Shown here: one piece after another, positions 10,261 through 18,728 of the stretch | How the letters are laid out: every line of letters begins with the position of its first letter | How positions within the stretch are numbered: position 1 is the stretch's first letter | Origin: Minisyncoccota bacterium | GTDB lineage: Bacteria > Patescibacteriota > Minisyncoccia > Phycocordibacterales > UBA5272 | Assembly: GCA_041651055.1 (NCBI GenBank) | Contig: JBAZJW010000001.1 | Location: 242,661-306,660 of the forward strand | Direction: 5' to 3' | DNA: 64,000 nt | The notes under the pieces: generated by a model | What the model was told of the DNA's origin: nothing | The model's input: only the letters and a program-made list of their open reading frames with translations | Databases searched by the model: none | Made by a program: the position numbers and the translations under genes

Positions 10261-10881
10261 TTATCTTGAGTAATACTCGAGAACCTTCTGTGTGTCGAAC
10301 ATTGGCTCAACCTCACGAGGCATACCGACAACTGTCGATGAAAGAGTCTGAGGATTCACGGTAACGATATGACTTGGCGTCATTCCCATTAACTTTTCAG
10401 CTAAACCAAGGAAAACCTTTGCAGACTTACTACCCTCACGGATAGAAATAATGTCTCCAATTTTCACCTGGTGAGATGAAATGTTTATACGACGGCCGTT
10501 TACTAAAATGTGTCCATGAGATACAAGCTGACGTGCGAGCGCACGAGTGTTTGCAAAACCTGAACGATACACCATGTTGTCGAGTCGTGATTCAAGCTCA
10601 CGTGCAAGTTTGAGCGCTGGAGTAACAGATCCGTCCCCAGACTCATGTGACGCAGTCGCACGCTTAACATACATAGAAAACTGCTTTTCCATGAGACCGT
10701 AGGTAATACGCATCTTCTGCTTAGCTTTCAACTGTTCTCCATATTCTGAAGAATTAGAACGGTGCTTACGTTCACTATCGAGCTTTCCAGGAGCATATGG
10801 ACGCTTTTTGAAGGCGCACTTCTCACGGCCACATAGTGACTCCCCTAGACGACGGCAACTTTTACAGGTGATTCTACTCAT
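10261..10881 (-). CDS. rpsD: 30S ribosomal protein S4
   Basis: Start trimmed to MSRITCKSCRRLGESLCGREKCA, the S4 zinc-ribbon-like N-terminus; S4 domain follows. Confidence 0.9.
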   Translation of the reverse strand: MSRITCKSCRRLGESLCGREKCAFKKRPYAPGKLDSERKHRSNSSEYGEQLKAKQKMRITYGLMEKQFSMYVKRATASHESGDGSVTPALKLARELESRLDNMVYRSGFANTRALARQLVSHGHILVNGRRINISSHQVKIGDIISIREGSKSAKVFLGLAEKLMGMTPSHIVTVNPQTLSSTVVGMPREVEPMFDTQKVLEYYSR

Positions 10882-10885
10882 AATT

Positions 10886-11320
10886 TTATACGTGACGAGG
10901 CTTACGTGCCTTTGGTCCATTGTGTGGAACCGGTGTCTTATCAATAATTGAAACAATCTCTACACCAAAGGTAGAAAAACCTCGGATAGCTGACTCACGG
11001 CCAGATCCAACTCCTTTCACAATAACATTGACTTCTTTGAGGCCAACCTGCTGTGCTTTCTCACCAATAAGCTCACCAATCTTTGATGCAGCAAACGGTG
11101 TTCCTTTCTTTGCCCCCTTGAATCCAAGAGAACCAGATGAAGACCACGCAAGAATGTTTCCAAATCTATCTGAGAGAGAAAGACGAGTGTTGTTGTATGA
11201 AGACTCAACATAGAGTGTTCCTTCAACAATCTTCTTCTTGATTACTTTTGCAAGTGATCGTGCCTTAAGAGCGCTATCAACGCCTGAGCTATTCTTTTTT
11301 ACGATTCGTTTTTTTCCCAT
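10886..11320 (-). CDS. rpsK: 30S ribosomal protein S11
   Basis: S11 signature (GVAHIxxSFNNT-like; ends PHNGPKARKPRHV). Confidence 0.93.
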   Translation of the reverse strand: MGKKRIVKKNSSGVDSALKARSLAKVIKKKIVEGTLYVESSYNNTRLSLSDRFGNILAWSSSGSLGFKGAKKGTPFAASKIGELIGEKAQQVGLKEVNVIVKGVGSGRESAIRGFSTFGVEIVSIIDKTPVPHNGPKARKPRHV

Positions 11321-11336
11321 AGGTTTATATTAAATT

Positions 11337-11717
11337 TTATGTCTTCTCTGTCTTACGGCGACCACTTCCCATCGTACGGCGTACGTTTCCACGGACAGTG
11401 CGACTGTTGGTCTTGGTACGCTGTCCACGAGCTGGTAGATGACGGATGTGACGGATACCTCGGTAAGCTTTGATATCCTTCAAGCGTTTGATGTTTTGCT
11501 GTGTCTCACGCTTTAGATCTCCTTCTGTCTTGAAAAGTTCAATTTCGCGACGGATGAGGTTTTCCTGGTCTGCAGTGAGTTCTGTAGTCTTCATGCCGAC
11601 ATCAAGACCGAGTTTCTCGATAATTGTCTTAGCACGAGGACGTCCCACACCATACACTGCCGTGAGGGCAATTTCGAGACGCTTATTTTCTGGGAGGTTG
11701 ATACCGGAGATACGCAT
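11337..11717 (-). CDS. rpsM: 30S ribosomal protein S13
   Basis: MRISGINLPENKR...YRGIRHIRHLPARGQRTKTNSRT. Confidence 0.95.
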   Translation of the reverse strand: MRISGINLPENKRLEIALTAVYGVGRPRAKTIIEKLGLDVGMKTTELTADQENLIRREIELFKTEGDLKRETQQNIKRLKDIKAYRGIRHIRHLPARGQRTKTNSRTVRGNVRRTMGSGRRKTEKT

Positions 11718-11772
11718 GGTGGATAGATGTTTAGATTAGACTTTTGAAAATCAGATACGGATACTTTATTAG

Positions 11773-11886
11773 CTAGCCCTGAGCTTGCTTATGCTTAGGA
11801 TTCTCACAAATAACACGAAGAACTCCGCCTCGTTTAAGCATTTGGCACTTGGCGCAAACTTTCTTTACTGATGATCGTACTTTCAT
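11773..11886 (-). CDS. rpmJ: 50S ribosomal protein L36 (37 aa: [37 protein letters not shown])
   Basis: Hand-translated from the minus strand; not in the ORF track because under 60 aa. Canonical CxxC...C...H zinc ribbon and synteny between infA and rpsM. Confidence 0.85.
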   Translation of the reverse strand: MKVRSSVKKVCAKCQMLKRGGVLRVICENPKHKQAQG

Positions 11887-12015
11887 GAGAAATGTGGTTG
11901 ATATTATACTATATTCTTAAAAACTTTGCAAATTACAAGACCTGTTTAAGTATTGAGAGATAGCGGTTGGGTGTTAAGTGTTACCTAACTCCTAACCGTT
12001 AACCCTCAAAAATGT

Positions 12016-12228
12016 CTACAGTCTCTTAATAATTCGCCCCTTTCCTCCATAAGGATCCACTTGAACGGTAACCTTGTCACCGACAAGTACTTTTATCTTA
12101 TGGACACGCATACGGCCACCAAGATATGAAATAAGAACCTTTCCATCTGGCCCCTCCACACGAAAGAGTGTGCTAGGGAGCGCTTCAATTACGCGACCGT
12201 CAAATGTTTCGATATCTTTTTCATCCAT
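12016..12228 (-). CDS. infA: translation initiation factor IF-1
   Basis: S1-like OB fold sequence (GxVxEALPxxxFRVEL.G..VLAxISGKMR). Confidence 0.93.
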   Translation of the reverse strand: MDEKDIETFDGRVIEALPSTLFRVEGPDGKVLISYLGGRMRVHKIKVLVGDKVTVQVDPYGGKGRIIKRL

Positions 12229-12267
12229 AAAGTAGAGAACCCAGTGTATCAGAGATTACCTTTTATA

Positions 12268-13668
12268 TCAACGCTTTGGCAAAGATTCTACGACACGTAT
12301 CTTCGAAACCTCACTTGGAAAACGAGAAAGCCATAAAGGTGAGAAGCTTATCTCCCCTCCTTCGACAGATTCTACTGTTCTCATGAGTGGCTGGAATTCA
12401 TCACGCTTCTTTCCTGCAAGCATTTCTTTGATGGCGTCATTCGGTGTAACCCATGTGATACGTGGAGATCCGACGACGAGAACTTCGACACTCGCATCCG
12501 TCGCTACGTTCGCAGTATCTTTGATGGTATAGGTGAGCGTATCTTCATATCCTAGACGTACCGACTCACCTTTGTAATCCCGCACATCTTCCGCCAATTC
12601 TTTTGCAAAGAGTGCACTGTCTGCAAACATCAAATACCCCGTAGCAGTGACCGTATACGTAGCTGTAGCACCTTGTAAGACGTCTTGTTCGTTATCGGTG
12701 TAAACAACACTTACCGCAGAATAGAGTCCTGTATAGCCTTCCTTTTTCGTTTTTGCAAGGTCTGCTTTTACTTCTTGAGCGAGTTCAAGAGCGAATTCAT
12801 CTTTGGCAGCATTGATATCAGAAAGAGACGCCAGAGAGACATTACCTGAAGATCCTCCTGTGATAGCGCCATTTCCTCGTGCATAAAATCCCGTAAAGCG
12901 AGGTGAGCCCTTAAAGCCTGGAATAGTGAAGTCTGTTGCGGCGCTATTGTAGTCTGCTCCATAACTATCTGCATACACCGTGACTTCTATACTTCCAGGA
13001 ACATCACCTTTCATACCTGGAACAGTGATCGACTGACTGATACGGTAAATCTTTCCAGAAGCAGATTCAAAACGAGTGTTCTTAATAAGCTTCTGAGGCG
13101 CGCTGTCGAATTTGTTGTAAATAATAATTCTACCGGAAGCTTTTGCTTCTACTTTTTTGGTTTCAGAAAGTGTAAGTGTTTTTGATTTTGTAACGGACGA
13201 TGTAGCGACAACAAAAGGCACACCACTGCTTTCTCTACTGAAAACAACAGTCTTGTGCACCTCGATATCTTGATGCTTCGGAATAATTGTCGCTGTCGCT
13301 CTATCAAAAACATACGTGAGAAGTCCAGCACCGCCAGCTACGATGACAATAGTCGTAATGAATGCCCATGTTCCGAAAGAACTCTGTCGTCGTACATACT
13401 GAGTACGAGGGTCACGATATTCTACATCCGGTCGCACACGTTCACGAGGATATTCTTCTTGTTCTAGCTCTTCTCCATGCCGGCGAGGGTACATTTCCAT
13501 TTGATCTACATTTCTACGTGAACGAAAAGCTCGCGAAGGAATAACGACGGGTTCTTCTTCATACTCGTCACGAGAAGAAGCGTATGAGTTGGACTCAAAC
13601 TGAGCCACGCGTGATGGTAAGTCGCGATTAGATTTTGAACGAGTGTATGGTTTGCGAATGTCTTGCAT
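12268..13668 (-). CDS. hypothetical membrane-anchored protein (charged disordered N-terminus, one TM helix, large extracytoplasmic domain)
   Basis: TM segment WAFITTIVIVAGGAGLLTYVF; no recognisable catalytic motifs. Confidence 0.6.
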   Translation of the reverse strand: MQDIRKPYTRSKSNRDLPSRVAQFESNSYASSRDEYEEEPVVIPSRAFRSRRNVDQMEMYPRRHGEELEQEEYPRERVRPDVEYRDPRTQYVRRQSSFGTWAFITTIVIVAGGAGLLTYVFDRATATIIPKHQDIEVHKTVVFSRESSGVPFVVATSSVTKSKTLTLSETKKVEAKASGRIIIYNKFDSAPQKLIKNTRFESASGKIYRISQSITVPGMKGDVPGSIEVTVYADSYGADYNSAATDFTIPGFKGSPRFTGFYARGNGAITGGSSGNVSLASLSDINAAKDEFALELAQEVKADLAKTKKEGYTGLYSAVSVVYTDNEQDVLQGATATYTVTATGYLMFADSALFAKELAEDVRDYKGESVRLGYEDTLTYTIKDTANVATDASVEVLVVGSPRITWVTPNDAIKEMLAGKKRDEFQPLMRTVESVEGGEISFSPLWLSRFPSEVSKIRVVESLPKR

Positions 13669-14011
13669 AAGAGAGAGGAACGTTCTGTGTCCCCTCTAGT
13701 GTAACACTTACTGGTACTCCGTCTGTATAAAACTGTGCATAAGAACCGCCTTCAAGTGTTTCACCTATCCATGTCGCGTAGCGTGATGCTGTGAGATGAA
13801 AGTTTGTTGGTATGCGATCTTGTAAAGAAATAAATTCGAGCGTATAGAGAACACCATCGAGAAGTTTTGAACCTGCGATAACATTCATACCTTCTGCTTC
13901 GATATGTTTGAATCCTATTGGGTGCGTGTGCGAGACGAGAACCTTTCCGTCGACAACATAATTAACAAGCGTAGCAGAATCTCCGACAGCAATAGAGAGG
14001 TATGGGGTCAT
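13628..14011 (-). CDS. hypothetical protein with a HTHP motif (weak JAB/RadC-like resemblance); 3' end overlaps the next ORF by 40 nt
   Basis: 127-aa ORF; VSHTHPIGF motif only, no full JAMM signature. Confidence 0.45.
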   Translation of the reverse strand: MTPYLSIAVGDSATLVNYVVDGKVLVSHTHPIGFKHIEAEGMNVIAGSKLLDGVLYTLEFISLQDRIPTNFHLTASRYATWIGETLEGGSYAQFYTDGVPVSVTLEGTQNVPLSYARHSQTIHSFKI

Positions 14012-14070
14012 GAGTACAGTTTATAGTTTATAGGTGATAGTTACTAGTGGACAAATACGTATAGGCTTCT

Positions 14071-14100
14071 AAATATTCAATGAAACAATATTCAAAAAAA
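14071..14100. repeat. R2 AT-rich repeat copy (AAATATTCAATGAAACAATATTCAAAAAAA)
   Basis: Matches the AAATATTCAATAAA/ATATTCAA units at 33575, 34942, 58211, 59241, 59268. Confidence 0.55.
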
Positions 14101-14147
14101 CACAAAATACTTCGAACCAACTACTCAGAATCACTTTGTTCTAAAAT

Positions 14148-14252
14148 TATTTTAGATGCGAGGCACGGAGAAGCGAAAGAGGAGACGTAGTTAATGCTAC
14201 GTTGACGAATGAGAGAGGCTCCGTAACGAAGCAGATGAAATAATTTTAAGAC
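14148..14252 (-). repeat. R1 structured repeat, copy C, abutting the alaS stop codon
   Basis: TTAGATGCGAGG flank, outer stem ACGGAG/CTCCGT (a different sequence at the same position as in other copies), inner hairpin GACGTAGTTAATGCTACGTTGACG identical to copy D, 3' flank CGAAGCAGATGAAATAATTTTAAG. Confidence 0.7.
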
Positions 14253-16195
14253 AAAGCTGCTTTTATGCGGCGGACACCGGCCGACACAGCCTCTTCTTTT
14301 ACGATTTTGAATGGTCCACTTGTGCTATTTGAGTCGTGCCCTTGGTTGCTACCAAGTGCATCTCGAGTACCAACGGCGAGTACGCCTGTACTCTCGACAT
14401 GCGGCCCACCACACATTTCAATTGAGAATAGATCAGCATCACCACGAGACTTTCCTTCACCTATTCTATAAATACTCACCTTGTCACCATACTTATCACT
14501 AAAGAGGCCCATTGCTCCGCGAGCCTTTGCTTCTTCGATAGATATTTCTTCGCGAATCACTGGAAGATTTTCTTGTATCTTAGCATTGATGATATCTTCA
14601 ACCTGTTTTTTCTGTTCATCGGTCATCTTTTCTCCGTATGCAAAGTCGAAACGTAAGCGCTCAGGTGTAATGTTGGAACCTTTCTGTACAACACTCGGAC
14701 CGAGTACTGTCTGAAGCGCCTGATGAAGCATGTGAGTCGCTGTGTGATACTTAGTTTCCATTTCTCCGTCACCTCCCAATCCACCTTTGAACTTTCCAGC
14801 AGATGCCGTACGAGAACTTTCTGAATGTTTATTTTTTTCTTCCGCAAAACTTACCATATCAACCGCCAACCCTTTTTCTTTTGCCAATTCTTCTGTGAGT
14901 TCAATTGGAAATCCATACGACTGCAGTAAATCAAAAGCATCAACACCAGAAATATTTCCACCCGTCAGCTTTTCGAACTGCTTAATACCCTTTTCAAGCG
15001 TTGCCCTGAATTTAGTTTCCTCTTTATCGAGTTCATTCAAAATTACTTCTCGTTTTTCTTCGAGGTTCTTGTATTCATCTTTGTAGACGTCGATAAACGA
15101 AGCTCCGATTTCTTTGGTGAAATTTTCAGTCACACCCAAGTTACGAGCAAAGCGCACCGCTCGACGAATAAGACGACGCACGAAATACATCTGATCTTTA
15201 TTTCCTGGCATCACACCATCACTAATGAGAAATGTCGCTGAACGAATATGATCAAGTACGACACGGTATGCATACACTTCAATATCACTTGTACCATATA
15301 CTTTCCCTGAAAGTCTCTCGATTGTTTTCTTTGGTGCATCGAATACATCGATATTAAACATGTCAGGGTCATTACGAAGCGCTGCAGCATATCGCTCAAG
15401 CCCACTACCATGATCCACGTTCATTTGAGGAAGCTCTTCAAAGCCTGTGCCTACTTTCTTGTATTGCATGAACACATTGTTTCCTATTTCGAGGAAACGT
15501 CCACAGTCACAGTTCACATGACAAGGCGAGGCCTTGTAAGCACTGTTCTCGTGCATCTTTTTCTCAAGCGTCGGATCAAAATCATAAAACATTTCAGAGT
15601 CCGGTCCGCCTGGTTCACCTTCAGGCATATTTGCTGGCACACCACTTCGTGACCACCAATTCTTCTTCTCACTGTAATAAAAAATCTTTTCGCCGTCATA
15701 TATCCCTCCTTCTGGATTTTCATTTATCTTCGCAGCTATCCCCTTCTCCGCGAAAAGCTTCTGCCACAACTCTGCTGAATAGGTATCTCGTGGCACACCA
15801 AGCGCGTCATTACCTGCAAAACAGGTTACATAAAAATTATTCGGATCGAGTTTAAGTTCATCGATAAGAAATGTCCACATCCATGTAATTTCTTCTTCTT
15901 TGAAATAATCTCCGAATGACCAGTTGCCGAGCATCTCAAAGAATGTCGTATGACGATTGTCCCCCACCTCTTCTATATCTCCAGAACGAAACGCTTTCTG
16001 TGAGTCAGCAATACGAAGCCCGAGCGGGTGAGGTTGACCAAGAAGATATGGAAGCATCGGTTGCATTCCACTGCCCGTAAAGAGTGTCGTTGGGTCATTT
16101 TCTGGTACAAGAGAAGCGCTCGGGACAATGGCGTGTCCTTTCTCTTTCATATATTCAAGAAACTTGGAACGGATTTGGTTGACAGTAAGTAGCAT
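14246..16195 (-). CDS. alaS: alanyl-tRNA synthetase, truncated form (catalytic plus editing domains, no C-Ala domain)
   Basis: Class II catalytic core and editing-domain HxxxH (HTATHMLHQAL), CGGPH; only 649 aa. Confidence 0.9.
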   Translation of the reverse strand: MLLTVNQIRSKFLEYMKEKGHAIVPSASLVPENDPTTLFTGSGMQPMLPYLLGQPHPLGLRIADSQKAFRSGDIEEVGDNRHTTFFEMLGNWSFGDYFKEEEITWMWTFLIDELKLDPNNFYVTCFAGNDALGVPRDTYSAELWQKLFAEKGIAAKINENPEGGIYDGEKIFYYSEKKNWWSRSGVPANMPEGEPGGPDSEMFYDFDPTLEKKMHENSAYKASPCHVNCDCGRFLEIGNNVFMQYKKVGTGFEELPQMNVDHGSGLERYAAALRNDPDMFNIDVFDAPKKTIERLSGKVYGTSDIEVYAYRVVLDHIRSATFLISDGVMPGNKDQMYFVRRLIRRAVRFARNLGVTENFTKEIGASFIDVYKDEYKNLEEKREVILNELDKEETKFRATLEKGIKQFEKLTGGNISGVDAFDLLQSYGFPIELTEELAKEKGLAVDMVSFAEEKNKHSESSRTASAGKFKGGLGGDGEMETKYHTATHMLHQALQTVLGPSVVQKGSNITPERLRFDFAYGEKMTDEQKKQVEDIINAKIQENLPVIREEISIEEAKARGAMGLFSDKYGDKVSIYRIGEGKSRGDADLFSIEMCGGPHVESTGVLAVGTRDALGSNQGHDSNSTSGPFKIVKEEAVSAGVRRIKAALS

Positions 16196-16231
16196 AATTA
16201 TTTGATTATACCGTAAAATTTACAATAAAAA

Positions 16232-16440
16232 AACCGAAGCTGATTGCTTCAGTTGACCCCCGACAACAGCATAACTTCCACAAGTCTTGTCGTTGTCGGG
16301 GTATCTCACATAACAGTATTGTTATGCATAGTCTTGAAGCCGGACATCGTCCTATAACTTCATCAAGTCACTTTCTCTCTTACTTTTCCCTGTTATGTCG
16401 AAGTTCAGATACCTATGTGACTATAGTTTTCTTAACGGAA
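16232..16440 (-). ncRNA. candidate small structured RNA between ychF and alaS
   Basis: Minus-strand TGTATAAT box near 16430, several hairpins (CATAACA/TGTTATG; 10-bp CCCCGACAAC/GTTGTCGGGG), then a GAAGC..GCTTC+T7 terminator just upstream of the alaS -10. Confidence 0.3.
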
Positions 16441-16462
16441 AACAGCAATGATTTTGATTATA

Positions 16463-16497
16463 CATGAATACACCCAAAAAAACACCTGTATCCAGGG
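16463..16497 (-). terminator. ychF intrinsic terminator (CTGTATGCCCTGGATACAG + T7)
   Basis: Hairpin followed by GTGTTTTTTT on the minus strand right after the ychF stop. Confidence 0.65.
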
Positions 16498-16525
16498 CAT
16501 ACAGAAACACTACCTGAGCCCTTTA

Positions 16526-17677
16526 TTAAATCTTAAACTCAATCACATCCCCATCTTTCACTATATATTCCTTCCCTTCCGTTCTTAGCACTCCTTTCGC
16601 TTTTGCTTCTGCATAATTTCCACACGCGACCAAGTCATGATACGCCACCACTTCTGCTCGGATGAATTTCGTTTCAAAATCAGAATGTATTGCCGCAGCC
16701 GCACGTGGCGCTGTTGAACCCTTTTTGATTGTCCACGCACGAGTCTCCATTTCCCCTGTTGTTAAATATGTCTCAAGACCGAGCAAGTCATACCCCGCTT
16801 TGATGAGTCCATCGATACCACTGTCATCTTTTTCTTTTCCCTCGACTCCAGTTGAATTCTTTGGTTCGACTCGGGACACATTCGAAAGAAGCATGCTTCG
16901 CATCTCTTCTTTCTCTGTGCCTTCGAATTCTTTCAATTCATCCTCTATCTTCGCATCGACAATTACATACGTGCATTTATTTTCTTTAAAATATGTAATG
17001 AGTTTTGCAAAGCGCTCATCATTCATCTCGTCCAAATTCTTCCCACCTGACTGCTTATTCAAAACATACAAAAACGGCTTCATAGTAATGAGGTGCAAAT
17101 CACGCACAAGCTTCGCCTCCTCCTGATCAAAAGAAAGTGTGTTGGCGAGCTTCTCTGCTTCCAAATGTTTCTGCAATATTTCAAGCAAGCCTTGCAACTT
17201 GATAGCATCTTTATCTCCACGTTTTACATCTCTACCAATAGTCTGACTTCGCTTCTCCACCGTCTGCATATCCGCTAGAATAAGTTCCATGTTAATGATC
17301 TCAATATCTCGAAGTGGGTCCACGGTACCCTCCACGTGAATAAGTTCACTGTTTTCATAAATACGCACCACTTCTGCGATAGCATCTGTCTCACGAATAT
17401 GTGAGAGGAATGCGTTACCGAGTCCTTCACCACTTGATGCCCCTTTCACGAGCCCTGCGATATCCACGAATTCCACAATAGCGGGAATCAATTTCTTTGA
17501 ACCAGAAATTTTGGAAAGCACAGCGAGACGTGCATCAGGTACAGGAACTACACCCACCGATGGATCGATAGTACAAAAAGGATAATTATCCGCAGGTACC
17601 GACTTATTCGTAATGGCGTTAAAGAGTGTCGACTTACCAACGTTTGGCAGTCCGACGATTCCGATAGATAAAGACAT
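16526..17677 (-). CDS. ychF: ribosome-binding ATPase YchF
   Basis: GIVGLPNVGKSTLFNA P-loop, TGS-like C-terminus (VKDGDVIEFKI). Confidence 0.9.
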   Translation of the reverse strand: MSLSIGIVGLPNVGKSTLFNAITNKSVPADNYPFCTIDPSVGVVPVPDARLAVLSKISGSKKLIPAIVEFVDIAGLVKGASSGEGLGNAFLSHIRETDAIAEVVRIYENSELIHVEGTVDPLRDIEIINMELILADMQTVEKRSQTIGRDVKRGDKDAIKLQGLLEILQKHLEAEKLANTLSFDQEEAKLVRDLHLITMKPFLYVLNKQSGGKNLDEMNDERFAKLITYFKENKCTYVIVDAKIEDELKEFEGTEKEEMRSMLLSNVSRVEPKNSTGVEGKEKDDSGIDGLIKAGYDLLGLETYLTTGEMETRAWTIKKGSTAPRAAAAIHSDFETKFIRAEVVAYHDLVACGNYAEAKAKGVLRTEGKEYIVKDGDVIEFKI

Positions 17678-17695
17678 AGTAAAAACTACTATAAC

Positions 17696-17726
17696 AAAAA
17701 AGAGTAGCTTTTACTACTCTTTTTTG
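17696..17726. terminator. bidirectional terminator AGAGTAG-cttttа-CTACTCT with T runs
   Basis: 7-bp stem and T5-6 on both strands. Confidence 0.6.
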
Positions 17727-17730
17727 TTAT

Positions 17731-17961
17731 TTAATCTTGGAATAACCCTTGCAGTTCTTTTTGGTACTTTTTCATCACATCGAGGGAGGCATACATTTCT
17801 GGTTTGCCTTGCTTGGTAAGAACTTCGATTTCCTTAGCAATCTTCGAAAAAAGTTCAGGATTCTTTTCTACTGCTTTCGCGAGAAGTTCCTGCTGATCTT
17901 TCGGAAGACCTTTCGTTCCATGCTTTACCGCCTGCTTTACAAAAAAATCACGAATAGACAT
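17731..17961 (-). CDS. small hypothetical protein (76 aa from MSIRDFF)
   Basis: Start trimmed to avoid overlap with the DsbA-like gene; lysine-rich helical protein of unknown function. Confidence 0.4.
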   Translation of the reverse strand: MSIRDFFVKQAVKHGTKGLPKDQQELLAKAVEKNPELFSKIAKEIEVLTKQGKPEMYASLDVMKKYQKELQGLFQD

Positions 17962-17962
17962 A

Positions 17963-18619
17963 CTATTTTGCCGCTGCTTTAATAAGTGCATCGAAGGCTT
18001 CAACGGTCTGTGGACTTTCGATCATTTTGCCATTAATGAAAAAGGTTGGGGTACCTTGAATGCCAAGCTTTATCCCCTCTTGGTATTCCGCGAAAATCTT
18101 TTCTTCAACAGCCTTACTATTCATATCGTCAGAAAACTTCTTAATATCAAGTCCAAGTGTTGTTGCGTACGTCATAATAAAGTCACGTGCATTAAGTCCT
18201 GTTGACCATTCTGTTTGCTTTGCATACAAGATGTCATGCATTTCCCAAAACTTCCCTTGGATACCAGCTGCTTCTGAGGCCTTCGCTGAAAGAAGCGCAT
18301 TCTGGTGAATCTGCATAAGTGGAAAATGACGGAATACCACTTTAAGTGTTGCAGGATTTTGAATGAGCATTGTCTGAACAAGTTTTTCATATGCGCTACA
18401 TGCAGGACACTGGAAATCTCCGAATTCTACAAGTGTAACCTTACCATCCTGTGCTCCGCGGACATGGTCTGTTTCTGAAATAACCACTTCTTTTACCGCC
18501 TGTACTTGCCCTTTACTCATTGCGTAAAAATAGTATGCAAATAAAAGCACAATGATTGCAGCAAGCCCAGCAATAAATTTCCCCTGTGTTGTTTTTAGAA
18601 AGTGTTGTAGTTTTTTCAT
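17963..18619 (-). CDS. DsbA-family thiol:disulfide oxidoreductase, membrane-anchored
   Basis: N-terminal TM helix; thioredoxin-fold CPAC active site (FGDFQCPACSAYEK). Confidence 0.85.
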   Translation of the reverse strand: MKKLQHFLKTTQGKFIAGLAAIIVLLFAYYFYAMSKGQVQAVKEVVISETDHVRGAQDGKVTLVEFGDFQCPACSAYEKLVQTMLIQNPATLKVVFRHFPLMQIHQNALLSAKASEAAGIQGKFWEMHDILYAKQTEWSTGLNARDFIMTYATTLGLDIKKFSDDMNSKAVEEKIFAEYQEGIKLGIQGTPTFFINGKMIESPQTVEAFDALIKAAAK

Positions 18620-18663
18620 AATATGAGAAACAGTATACCAGTTTACAGCTTACAGTCTACAGA

Positions 18664-18700
18664 AAACAAAGAGCGGCGCCTACGGCGCCGCTCTTTGTTT
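18664..18700. terminator. GC-rich palindromic terminator AAAGAGCGGCGCC-TAC-GGCGCCGCTCTTT
   Basis: 13-bp perfect stem, T run on the minus side after the methyltransferase gene. Confidence 0.75.
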
Positions 18701-18728
18701 TCTATCTCTCTCCTTTATGCTCTCCCCT

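Noticed and set aside
13628-13668. 40-nt overlap between the 13628-14011 ORF and the 12268-13668 ORF as evidence of a frameshifted single gene
   Set aside because: The two reading frames encode unrelated, individually plausible proteins and no obvious slippery site is present; it is treated as a genuine short overlap or mis-called start.
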